DNA of 64,000 nucleotides from Candidatus Poribacteria bacterium (GTDB lineage: Bacteria; Poribacteria; WGA-4E; PCPOR2b), in NCBI GenBank assembly GCA_965208675.1, contig OZ242351.1:3712001-3776000 (forward strand), read 5' to 3'. Under the pieces are notes generated by a model, which ran no database searches, was not told the DNA's origin, and was given only the letters and a program-made list of their open reading frames with translations. The position numbers and the translations under genes were made by a program. Shown here piece by piece: positions 10,323 through 18,723 of this stretch (the first letter of the stretch is position 1; the number at the start of each line of letters is the position of its first letter).

Positions 10323-10390
10323 GGTAATGCTCCTTTTAGCTCATCTGGTATGTATTAATCTTGCTTTGGTTCACATTACTATAGTCATTT

Positions 10391-11503
10391 TCAGTAACTC
10401 CGACCGATTGAAAAATAATACACCGATTGTCCTCGATCGATTCGTATTTGCTCCGCGGTATTAGCTTGAGGTTTAATCTGAGGCATGTAAGCAACGTTGA
10501 TATTCATCGTTCCCAGATTCATCCCCAATCCGACGGTTAATCCTTCAACCTTCCAAAGGCGGTGATCCACTTCAGTTTCTTCTGTCTCAAGATTGAAAAT
10601 CGAACCCATCCGGTTTTCAGTATGGCGCAGATAGCCGATTCGACCTGCAATACGCCCACGATACCAAACTTCTGCGCCGAAGCCGGTGCGGATGCCGGCG
10701 TCAAAAGGGGGATTGAGATCGAACGCAACGTGCACGGTGACATCTTTATAATGCCGCTGATAGGCTGCACCAAACAGCGCATCACGGCGAATTTTATCCG
10801 GAATCGAATCGTCAGAGAAGGACAATCCGTTGCTGAGATTTCTGACCAAAATCCCGATTCGGAGTTCCTTACCAAGCTGTTGCATCGCCCCCAAGTTATA
10901 GGCGTATCCGTGTCCGATGTGTCCTCGGTACTCGGACTCATGTACTTTAGATCTAATCCACTTCGCGTCTGCGCCGATGAACAATTCGCCGATCAGGCGT
11001 CTTCCGTAACCAACTCCAATTGCTAGATTATTCGCTGGGAAATTGTTTGTGGATTTGCCAAGGTGGTTGACACGGCTAAACCGCCCTTCATATTCAAAGG
11101 TGACATCAAAACCGATGACACCACCGTTATCCATGGGTGCAATATAGTTGATGGATTGAAACCCTGACGATCGGAGGTCATACCGCCCATAATCTTCATG
11201 CCGTTCAACATCATTCAGTTTGGAAACCACCGCGACTGTGCGAGGGAATCTCGCCGCGTGGGCAACGAATCGATTGCCCTCAATTAAACTAAGCCCCGCC
11301 GGATTGCTATTTAGCGCATTTGCACCTGTAATCGAACCGACAAAGCTACCGCCCATGCCCTGATGCGGCGCTGCGGTTAATCGCCGCAGAAATACATCGG
11401 CCGCAGATTGGGCTTCGCCATTCACATCTTCCGCGGACGCTAAGTTGAACGCGCCCAAAAGGCAAAACGCCAGAAAAAATCTGTTAACCCATTGACATCT
11501 CAT
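10391..11503 (-). CDS. Outer-membrane beta-barrel protein (PorV/UPF0164/FadL-like)
   Basis: Signal peptide, GMGG...NPAGL motif, amphipathic strands, C-terminal aromatic residue. Confidence 0.65.
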   Translation of the reverse strand: MRCQWVNRFFLAFCLLGAFNLASAEDVNGEAQSAADVFLRRLTAAPHQGMGGSFVGSITGANALNSNPAGLSLIEGNRFVAHAARFPRTVAVVSKLNDVERHEDYGRYDLRSSGFQSINYIAPMDNGGVIGFDVTFEYEGRFSRVNHLGKSTNNFPANNLAIGVGYGRRLIGELFIGADAKWIRSKVHESEYRGHIGHGYAYNLGAMQQLGKELRIGILVRNLSNGLSFSDDSIPDKIRRDALFGAAYQRHYKDVTVHVAFDLNPPFDAGIRTGFGAEVWYRGRIAGRIGYLRHTENRMGSIFNLETEETEVDHRLWKVEGLTVGLGMNLGTMNINVAYMPQIKPQANTAEQIRIDRGQSVYYFSIGRSY

Positions 11504-11541
11504 GACAATAGTAAAACCGATAAATGTTTTTTACACTGCGT

Positions 11542-11679
11542 TAGGTTCGGTTTCCTAACCGAACGGGTATTTGTTCAGTCCGAAGGCGCGGTTGGAAACC
11601 GTGCCTACCGGGTAAGAGTTTTAATGTTAGACACTGTATCTAGTTGTGGTTGTGCGGTGTAGTTGGAAACGGCACCTAC
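11542..11679. repeat. Cluster of three REP-like palindromes
   Basis: TAGGTTCGGTTTCCTAACCGAAC; GGCGCGGTTGGAAACCGTGCCTAC; GGTGTAGTTGGAAACGGCACCTAC; relatives at about 23515-23583 and 48716-48743. Confidence 0.75.
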
Positions 11680-11760
11680 TGAAACATGTATAGATTTTCA
11701 GGACTATTCGAAGAGTTGTATTGTCAAAACGGCGGTTGTTTGATGGAGGTCATTATGAGA

Positions 11761-12207
11761 CTATTGCGATTCGCCCCAAAGGATGACATTTGCCACCGCA
11801 TAGTTGTCCGTATGCGCCAGCGTTACAAAGGTTTGGGAGACACCCAGCGAATCTGCGTGTTGACGTGCCCTGCCGTTAAGGATCAACTCTGGTTTACCGA
11901 GTTCACCTGTAATGACCGCCGCATCGTGCCACCACATGCCAGGCCTTAACCCGGTTCCAAGAGCCTTAAAGGCGGCCTCTTTCGCCGCAAATCTGGCGGC
12001 AAGCCTTTGATAGCGTAAATCTGTGCCCCCACAGTATTTTATTTCTTCCGGTGTGAAAATTCGCTTTTCAAAGCGGTCACCCCACCGTGAACTCGCAGAT
12101 CTTATGCGTGCGACCTCTGCGATATCAACACCAATGCCTCGAATAAATACGGGATTAGTGCTTTTTTTAATGCTTTGTAAATCGGGCGCCAAATCCTGGA
12201 CCCTCAA
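11761..12207 (-). CDS. acpS: Holo-ACP synthase
   Basis: GIGVDI, RFAAKEAAFKALGTG, GKP, TLAH motifs. Confidence 0.93.
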   Translation of the reverse strand: MRVQDLAPDLQSIKKSTNPVFIRGIGVDIAEVARIRSASSRWGDRFEKRIFTPEEIKYCGGTDLRYQRLAARFAAKEAAFKALGTGLRPGMWWHDAAVITGELGKPELILNGRARQHADSLGVSQTFVTLAHTDNYAVANVILWGESQ

Positions 12208-13064
12208 GAATTAGTTGAATCAGCGTGGCGATAGATTGCGTCTGTCATTTGAGCAACTCGACGCATGGCTTTCACATCATGGACGCGGATAACTTCTGCA
12301 CCTTGAGCAATTGCCCAAGCAACTGTAGCGGCAGTGCCTTCCAACCGGTCATTCACTGGAAGATCGAGGATATTCCCAATTAAAGATTTTTTGGAAGTAC
12401 CAATTAGGATGGGCTTGTTCAAGGATTGAAAATCACGAAGCCGGCGTAAAATCTGCAGATTATGCTCGGTAGTTTTACCAAATCCGATGCCGGGATCAAT
12501 TAGAATGCGATCCGGATGAATTCCATTTTTTTCTGCGTCTTCAATACAATCTTGGAAAAAACGGTAAATCTCCGAGATTACATTCTGGTAGGCGGGCGAG
12601 CGCTGCATTGTTCGAGGATTACCCTTCATGTGCATCAGGACTAATCCTGCTTGCATTTTGCTGACGACCGATGCCATGTCTGAATCGCCGCTTAGCGCCG
12701 TAATATCATTGACGATATGGGCTCCCGCTTGAAGCGCTCGGCGCGCGACATGCGCTTTGTAGGTGTCAATGGAAATGGGAACGGGAATTTCGCTTACGAG
12801 CGCTTCAACAACCGGCAGGATGCGCGCTAACTCTTCATCGGCGGAAATTGATAATGCGCCCGGTCGAGACGATTCGCCGCCGATATCAATGATATCCGCC
12901 CCATCCTTAACCATGGTTTTGGAATGGGCAATAGCACTATCAACCTCAAAATAACGCCCGTTCTCTGAAAAGGAATCCGGCGTTACATTCAACACGCCCA
13001 TAATGAGCGTGCGTTGCCCAAATACGAGTTGCTTTCCGCGGCAGTTCATAGGTTGCAGCGCCAA
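12204..13064 (-). CDS. folP: Dihydropteroate synthase
   Basis: MGVLNVTPDSFS, DIGGESSRPG, DPGIGFGK, RVHDV. Confidence 0.96.
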   Translation of the reverse strand: MALQPMNCRGKQLVFGQRTLIMGVLNVTPDSFSENGRYFEVDSAIAHSKTMVKDGADIIDIGGESSRPGALSISADEELARILPVVEALVSEIPVPISIDTYKAHVARRALQAGAHIVNDITALSGDSDMASVVSKMQAGLVLMHMKGNPRTMQRSPAYQNVISEIYRFFQDCIEDAEKNGIHPDRILIDPGIGFGKTTEHNLQILRRLRDFQSLNKPILIGTSKKSLIGNILDLPVNDRLEGTAATVAWAIAQGAEVIRVHDVKAMRRVAQMTDAIYRHADSTNS

Positions 13065-13066
13065 TA

Positions 13067-14938
13067 TTAGGTAGTAGAAACCTGTTGGCGAGGTCCGAGA
13101 ATTTCCTCAATCTCGTCGCCAATGAGCGTTTCCCTTTCTAACAGAGCATCCGCAAGTTTTTTCAGGCCGTCAAGGTTCGTTTCGATGAGATGCTTGGCTT
13201 GATTGTAGCACCCAGTTATGATGCTATGAACGGCTTGATCGATTTCAATGGCAGTTTTTTCGCTATAGTCTTTGTGGTGGGCGATTTCCTTGCCCAAAAA
13301 TACCTGTTCATCGCGCCTGCCGAAGGAAAGAGGTCCTAGCTCGCTCATGCCCCATTGTGTGACCATCTTACGTGCCAAATCCGTAGCTTGTTCGAAATCA
13401 TTTTGTGCGCCCGTGGTCAGTTCGCCAAAGATAAGTTCTTCAGCGACACGTCCGCCAAGCGCGGTAGTAATGCCGGCAATGAGATATTTTTTGCTGAAGT
13501 TACGGCGTTCTTCAAGCGGCAAGCCCACCGAGACACCGAGTGCTCTCCCTCGTGGAATAATGGTAGATTTATAGTGAGGGTCGTTGTCCGGAATGATATG
13601 CCGCAGCAAAGTGTGCCCCGCCTCATGATATGCCGTAACGCGTTTGTCCTCTTCGCTAATGACTAGACTACGGCGTTCAGGCCCCATCATGACTCGGTCC
13701 TTGGCTTCATCAAAACAACTCATGTCAACTGCATCTTTATCTTCCTTGGCTGCAAGCAGCGCAGCCTCGTTCACCATGTTTGCGATGTCCGCGCCTGAGA
13801 AGTATGGCGTTGCCCGCGCCAATATTTCCAAGTTTACATCCTCACCGACCTTAATGGGCGATGCAGCGTGCACTTTGAATATCTCTTCACGCCCTTTGAT
13901 ATCGGGGAGGTCGACGACAATCTGACGATCAAAACGCCCAGGACGAAGCAACGCCGGGTCTAACACATCTGGACGGTTCGTCGCAGCAATGAGAATGACT
14001 CCTTCGGACGTATCGAAGCCGTCCATTTCGACTAGCAGTTGGTTCAAGGTCTGTTCGCGCTCATCGTGTCCACCACCGATGCCAGCGCCGCGATGCCTGC
14101 CTACAGCGTCGAGTTCGTCGATAAAGATAATGCACGGCGCATTCTTTTTTCCAGTCTCGAAGAGATCTCGCACACGCGATGCACCGACACCTACGAACAT
14201 CTCAACGAAATCAGATCCGCTGATGCTATAGAATGGAACATTTGCTTCGCCAGCGACTGCACGCGCGAGCAAAGTTTTTCCTGTCCCCGGCGGTCCCATT
14301 AACAAAACGCCCATGGGGATACGCCCGCCGAGCCGCTGAAATTTCTGCGAGTCCTTGAGGAATTCGATAACTTCTGCTAGCCCGTCCTTCGCCTCATCGC
14401 ATCCTGCAACATCTGCGAATGTCCTTTTGGGTTGGTTTTCAGAGTGGAGCCGCGCGCGGCTTTTTCCGAACGATAAAGCCCGATTTCCGGTTCCCTGTAC
14501 TTGCCTCGAAAGAAAAATCATAATGCCAATAAAAAGCATAATTGGCAGTATTGATGTTAAAGAGATCATAATCCATTGCGGCATCTGCGACGGCGGTTCA
14601 ATGTTATACGGTATGCCCTGCTCCATCAATTTCTTTTCAAGTGGATACTCCGAATATATATCGCGATATATTCTGAATTCTCCTTTTGGATTTGCTTTTA
14701 ATGGTGGGTTGTTGTCTTGCATAGCCCGCTCATTCAGTTGGCCTTTAATCCACTCCTTGCCAATTGTTATTTCGTCAAAATACGTCCTGCCATCGCCGTT
14801 TTCGATGAGTTGATAGAATTCAGAGGTCTTCGGGTCATTTTTCACTTTATCATCGGGGTTGATAAGGCGCCACATGACAATGGTGACGATGGATGCCATG
14901 ATTAGCCAAACCACTATGTTTTTTGCATTCTTGTTCAC
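13067..14938 (-). CDS. ftsH: ATP-dependent zinc metalloprotease FtsH
   Basis: Two TM helices, [26 protein letters not shown]. Confidence 0.98.
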   Translation of the reverse strand: MNKNAKNIVVWLIMASIVTIVMWRLINPDDKVKNDPKTSEFYQLIENGDGRTYFDEITIGKEWIKGQLNERAMQDNNPPLKANPKGEFRIYRDIYSEYPLEKKLMEQGIPYNIEPPSQMPQWIMISLTSILPIMLFIGIMIFLSRQVQGTGNRALSFGKSRARLHSENQPKRTFADVAGCDEAKDGLAEVIEFLKDSQKFQRLGGRIPMGVLLMGPPGTGKTLLARAVAGEANVPFYSISGSDFVEMFVGVGASRVRDLFETGKKNAPCIIFIDELDAVGRHRGAGIGGGHDEREQTLNQLLVEMDGFDTSEGVILIAATNRPDVLDPALLRPGRFDRQIVVDLPDIKGREEIFKVHAASPIKVGEDVNLEILARATPYFSGADIANMVNEAALLAAKEDKDAVDMSCFDEAKDRVMMGPERRSLVISEEDKRVTAYHEAGHTLLRHIIPDNDPHYKSTIIPRGRALGVSVGLPLEERRNFSKKYLIAGITTALGGRVAEELIFGELTTGAQNDFEQATDLARKMVTQWGMSELGPLSFGRRDEQVFLGKEIAHHKDYSEKTAIEIDQAVHSIITGCYNQAKHLIETNLDGLKKLADALLERETLIGDEIEEILGPRQQVSTT

Positions 14939-15252
14939 AACACATGAACCTTTCTTTTTAGTTCAACAGCAGAACGAGCTAAAAACAGCTTTAAATTGCA
15001 GGGCGTGACAATTCTTTTACGCCGCCATCCGATTTTAAGTCGAGGTCGGATCAGGCAATCAAAAAAGTATACCAAATCCTTTTTGAAATATCAATGGAAA
15101 TTAGAGTATCCGCGAGTACGCTACGCTGGGCAACGGATTAAGCGCAGTTGCGGTGGCATAGCCGTTGAACACACTAACTCCGTATGATTAGTTAGGACAC
15201 TGAGCCGTTAAAGAAGGTTTATGCCGTTACAACCTATCGGGACGATTCGGTG

Positions 15253-15573
15253 TTATTGGAGGACCGACTTGGGAGTGGCTTGTAGACGTGTGATTACACT
15301 TCGCTCTCGATCAATCATGTTGGGAACATGGGGGTTAATCTCGGTTTTCCAGTAGTCGCTTTCATAGACGGCACCGTAAAGTTGCTGACGCTCCTCCTCA
15401 CTCTCGAAACGGCGAATCCAGACGAACAAGTCGTCTTCTTCCTGCCCAACAAAACTCCCTAAAACCACCATCCCCTGCGAGATTTGGAACGGGATAATCT
15501 TTTCTTCCATAAACTTCACCCAATTTTCACGTTGACCGGGTTTTGTACGATACTGACGCAGTTCAAAGAACAT
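15253..15573 (-). CDS. NIPSNAP family protein
   Basis: FELRQY..KPG, FVWIRRFES..ER; AGGAG SD. Confidence 0.85.
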   Translation of the reverse strand: MFFELRQYRTKPGQRENWVKFMEEKIIPFQISQGMVVLGSFVGQEEDDLFVWIRRFESEEERQQLYGAVYESDYWKTEINPHVPNMIDRERSVITRLQATPKSVLQ

Positions 15574-16090
15574 GTCTAACTCCTTTTCACTTTCAAAATG
15601 TTAACGCTTGCGTACGATGAATCGAATGATATCATTATACATCTGCCTAATGTCCCTTTGCATCTTTTTGGATTGGGAATCATGGCACAATTCCCTCGGT
15701 CGTACCGTTAATCTAGATTTACGGCCGGAAATCCAGAGGTATGGCCGCAGTAAATTCTACCATACATCCGTCATGTGGTGTAGATGATTGGTTCGCGCCG
15801 CGTGCGAAAAACACCGACGCATAATCATGCCAATCTCCGTCTACAGGCGTTCGGCTTGCGTCCACCGCTAGAGAGATGCGCCTCCAGAGAGGAAGTGCGC
15901 GCCAGTAATGAGATGGAGTACTTTAGGAGTTTTGACTTGAAATTCTGCCGATTTTCAGATAATATTGACGAATTAAAGAGTATTTAAATTAACATCCATT
16001 TGGGTGCAGTTCACCCGCCTCCTTGCATAATGAGGCTCACAGCAGTAGGCGAAATCAAGCACTGCCGGAGATTCCTCAAGGAACAGTTGG

Positions 16091-16585
16091 ATGCCGATTT
16101 ACGAGTTTTATTGCAAAGCATGTCATACGGTCTATCAATTCTTCGCCAGAACGGTTAACACAGAGAAAAAACCGAGTTGCCCGAGATGCAAAAACAGCGA
16201 GTTAAAGCGCAACGTGTCGAAGTTCGCCACAATTTCCGTTAGGAGTGGCGAAGGCGGCGATGGCGCAGAATTGTCGCAGATGGACGAAGCAAAAATGGAG
16301 AAAGCCATGGCAATGCTTGCCAGCGAAGCGGATAACATCAACGAAGATGACCCGCGCCAAGCAGCCGACCTGATGCGAAAACTCTCCGATGCAACCGGAT
16401 TGAACATGGGATCGGGGATGGAAGAAGCCCTGAGCCGCCTTGAACAGGGAGAAGATCCCGCCAAGATTGAAGAGGAGATAGGCGATTTGCTCGGAGCAGA
16501 TGAACCGCAATTGTTAGAAACATGCAGGAAGAAGGACAGCAGCAAACCTAAGCCGAATGTCGATGAGACGCTCTATGAGCTATGA
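16091..16585 (+). CDS. FmdB-family zinc-ribbon protein
   Basis: MPIYEFYCxxC...CPxC...SKFA followed by a helical C-terminal domain. Confidence 0.85.
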   Translation: MPIYEFYCKACHTVYQFFARTVNTEKKPSCPRCKNSELKRNVSKFATISVRSGEGGDGAELSQMDEAKMEKAMAMLASEADNINEDDPRQAADLMRKLSDATGLNMGSGMEEALSRLEQGEDPAKIEEEIGDLLGADEPQLLETCRKKDSSKPKPNVDETLYEL

Positions 16586-16605
16586 GCGGAAGAACGGGGA
16601 CCGCG

Positions 16606-16634
16606 TTGACAGATCGCTCATGATTTGCTAGAAT
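16606..16634 (+). promoter_or_regulatory. Sigma70-type promoter
   Basis: TTGACA-17 nt-TAGAAT with extended TG, 84 nt upstream of the CDS at 16719. Confidence 0.75.
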
Positions 16635-16718
16635 CGGATTCCGACGTTCGACACATTGGAAACAAGAGTTGATGCCTTAAACTCACGCGAACATAATCAT
16701 ACCAAGGTGTAAAACAAA

Positions 16719-17045
16719 ATGAAGAAAATTCAGCTCCGAGAAATCTGCCATTCTAGATCCGGCGACAAAGGCGACACAGGGAACATCGGGCTCATCGTTT
16801 ATGACAAAAAACATTACGAATTGATTAAACGGGAAGTCACGGCGGAACGTGTCAAGGATTTCTTTAAGGGAAGTGTCAAAGGAGACGTGGAACGATACGA
16901 GTTGCCGCGGATGGGAGCGCTAAACTTCGTGCTCTATAATGCGCTGGATGGCGGCGCCACCCGCACGCTAACAATGGATGCCTATGGCAAGGTATTGAGT
17001 TCCGCTCTGCTGGCGCTAGAGATTCAAGTGCCCGATGACTTTTAG
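16719..17045 (+). CDS. AtuA-related small protein (acyclic terpene utilisation C-terminal-like domain)
   Basis: HSRSGDKGD..NIG, VERYELP...ALNFVL..ALDGG...L..D..GK. Confidence 0.8.
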   Translation: MKKIQLREICHSRSGDKGDTGNIGLIVYDKKHYELIKREVTAERVKDFFKGSVKGDVERYELPRMGALNFVLYNALDGGATRTLTMDAYGKVLSSALLALEIQVPDDF

Positions 17046-17304
17046 ATTTACGTTGTTCGAATTGGAAAACGTGGCGAAAACGCGAGTGGGAAAGCACTAG
17101 TAGAAACGGTGTAAATGACGGGAAGACATTTCACAGTTTTCGCAGTAAATTGAAACGAATCGGACATCGGATTGAAGTTCGGGAGGCGTTAAACGCAGTC
17201 TGGGACTGGCTCTCAATCCGTTATTTTCCGAGAATCGGATATGCTAACTGTGAAACTCCGACGATTCTCGGAGCAAGGAAAATTCAATGCTGGCACAAGT
17301 CTTC

Positions 17305-17576
17305 GTAGGGTGGGTCGATTGGTGTGGGTGAATCACGTAAATTGTTAAAAATGGGATTCGATTGATTGCATGCGTTCGTGAATTTTTAGGTGTAACGTAA
17401 CCCTACGCTATTTGTCGTTTCGATGTTTGTATTGGCGTGATTCACCGAATGGTTATTAGGGAGATTTAAAAACGTTGGGTTTCGCTACATGCATTTTGAA
17501 TTTGAAGAGGTATCGTCTTACGGGGATCAATTGGATATTGAAGCATCTTTCATTGAATCCGCTCTACCCAACCTAC
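17305..17576. repeat. REPIN/MITE-like element with GTAG-REP terminal inverted repeats
   Basis: GTAGGGTGGGT...ACCCAACCTAC ends; the right about 100 nt is shared with 18314-18416 and 21915-22017, and partly with 40680-40786 (-). Confidence 0.75.
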
Positions 17577-17747
17577 AAGGAATTGCCGCCCATTCAGATT
17601 TGAAGCGGGAACTTAGGTTGGGAGACCCAACCCCTACGAGCGTTGGTGTATCTGTGCGCTGCACTTGATTGTCGGGTTGCAATGATGAGTCAGCAGAACC
17701 TAACAGTTTGAAAAGCGTTGGGTTTGGTGTCAACTAAGTTGAAAGGA

Positions 17748-18254
17748 ATGCCAATGGGTATTAGGACATATTTTGCGTATGGTTCCAACATGTCTTTGAA
17801 GAGAATCAAAAAAAGGGTACCGTCCGCCAAGCCGATTGGAGCGGGAATACTCCGTTGTCACCGTCTTGAATTTCACAAGGAAAGTGTTGATGGATCCGGC
17901 AAGTGCGATATTGTGGTTTCATCAGCGGCTGATGTGGTATGGGGGCGTGTGTACCACATCGACGACAAAGAAAAGGCATTTCTTGATGTCGCCGAGGGAC
18001 TAAGATTCGGTTATGCTCAAAAAATCGTTACCGTCGAATCCAATGTTTGTTCCGCTGTTTGTGCAGTGACTTACTATGCTACGAAGAAGGGCACAAAACT
18101 GAAACCTTATACATGGTACAAGACGCATGTTTTGAAGGGGGCGGAGGAAGCTAGTCTTCCTGAGGACTATATCGAGCGAATAAAAGCAATTGATGCGGTA
18201 GAGGACTGCTGCAAAGAGCGGGAGGCGAGAGAGCTTGAGATATACTGCTGCTGA
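17748..18254 (+). CDS. Gamma-glutamylcyclotransferase (GGCT/AIG2-like), Cys-rich
   Basis: YFAYGSNM, VWGRVY, LD..EG, KPY.WY...VL.GA.E..LP..Y; GAAAGGA SD. Confidence 0.88.
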   Translation: MPMGIRTYFAYGSNMSLKRIKKRVPSAKPIGAGILRCHRLEFHKESVDGSGKCDIVVSSAADVVWGRVYHIDDKEKAFLDVAEGLRFGYAQKIVTVESNVCSAVCAVTYYATKKGTKLKPYTWYKTHVLKGAEEASLPEDYIERIKAIDAVEDCCKEREARELEIYCC

Positions 18255-18260
18255 ACACTT

Positions 18261-18416
18261 GTAAGGTGAGTTAAAGCATTGTAGGGATTATGTTTAGGGG
18301 TAGATTGAAAAGAGTTGGGTTTCGCTACATTCATATTGAATTTGAAGCAGTATCGCATTTCGGGGATCAATTGGATATTGAGGCGTCTTTCATTGAATCC
18401 GCTTAACCCAACCTAC
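18261..18416. repeat. REPIN/MITE-like element (same family as 17305-17576)
   Basis: Degenerate GTAAGGTGAGTT left end, AACCCAACCTAC right end; internal GTTGGGTTTCGCTACAT...GGGGATCAATTGGATATTGA shared. Confidence 0.75.
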
Positions 18417-18442
18417 AGGAACTGCTACAAGAACATGAAGAC

Positions 18443-18479
18443 TTGAAGACTATCGCCCTCACTATTCGTTCGGTTGATC
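18443..18479 (+). repeat. GATC-ended tag repeat (reference copy)
   Basis: TTGAAGACTATCGCCCTCACTATTCGTTCGGTTGATC joined to half-REP CGTCTCCCAC; about 13 related copies in the window. Confidence 0.85.
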
Positions 18480-18557
18480 CGTCTCCCACAGTGGACGTTC
18501 TTACTTGTTCATCCAATAATCGTTCTCCTCCTTACCGACGATCAGTTAGGGGAGGTC

Positions 18558-18681
18558 GTAAGTTGAGTTTCGCCGTTTACGCAACCCAACTTACATTTTC
18601 TATTCGATCGCTTGATCTAAACCCAACACACTGTTCTGAATGTAAGAAAACCCCCCAACCCCCCTTGTCAGGGGGGCTTTT
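18558..18681. repeat. REP cluster with a truncated tag
   Basis: GTAAGTTGAGTTTCG..CGCAACCCAACTTAC hairpin, tag fragment 18599-18617, and CCCCCCTTGTCAGGGGGG hairpin. Confidence 0.65.
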
Positions 18682-18723
18682 GAGTTTCTCCGAAACACCG
18701 GTATCAACATACGATTGTCCGTG

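Noticed and set aside
15887-15903. GAGGAAGTGC resembling the RNase P GAGGAAAGUCC motif
   Set aside because: Imperfect match and no complementary 3' P4 motif found.
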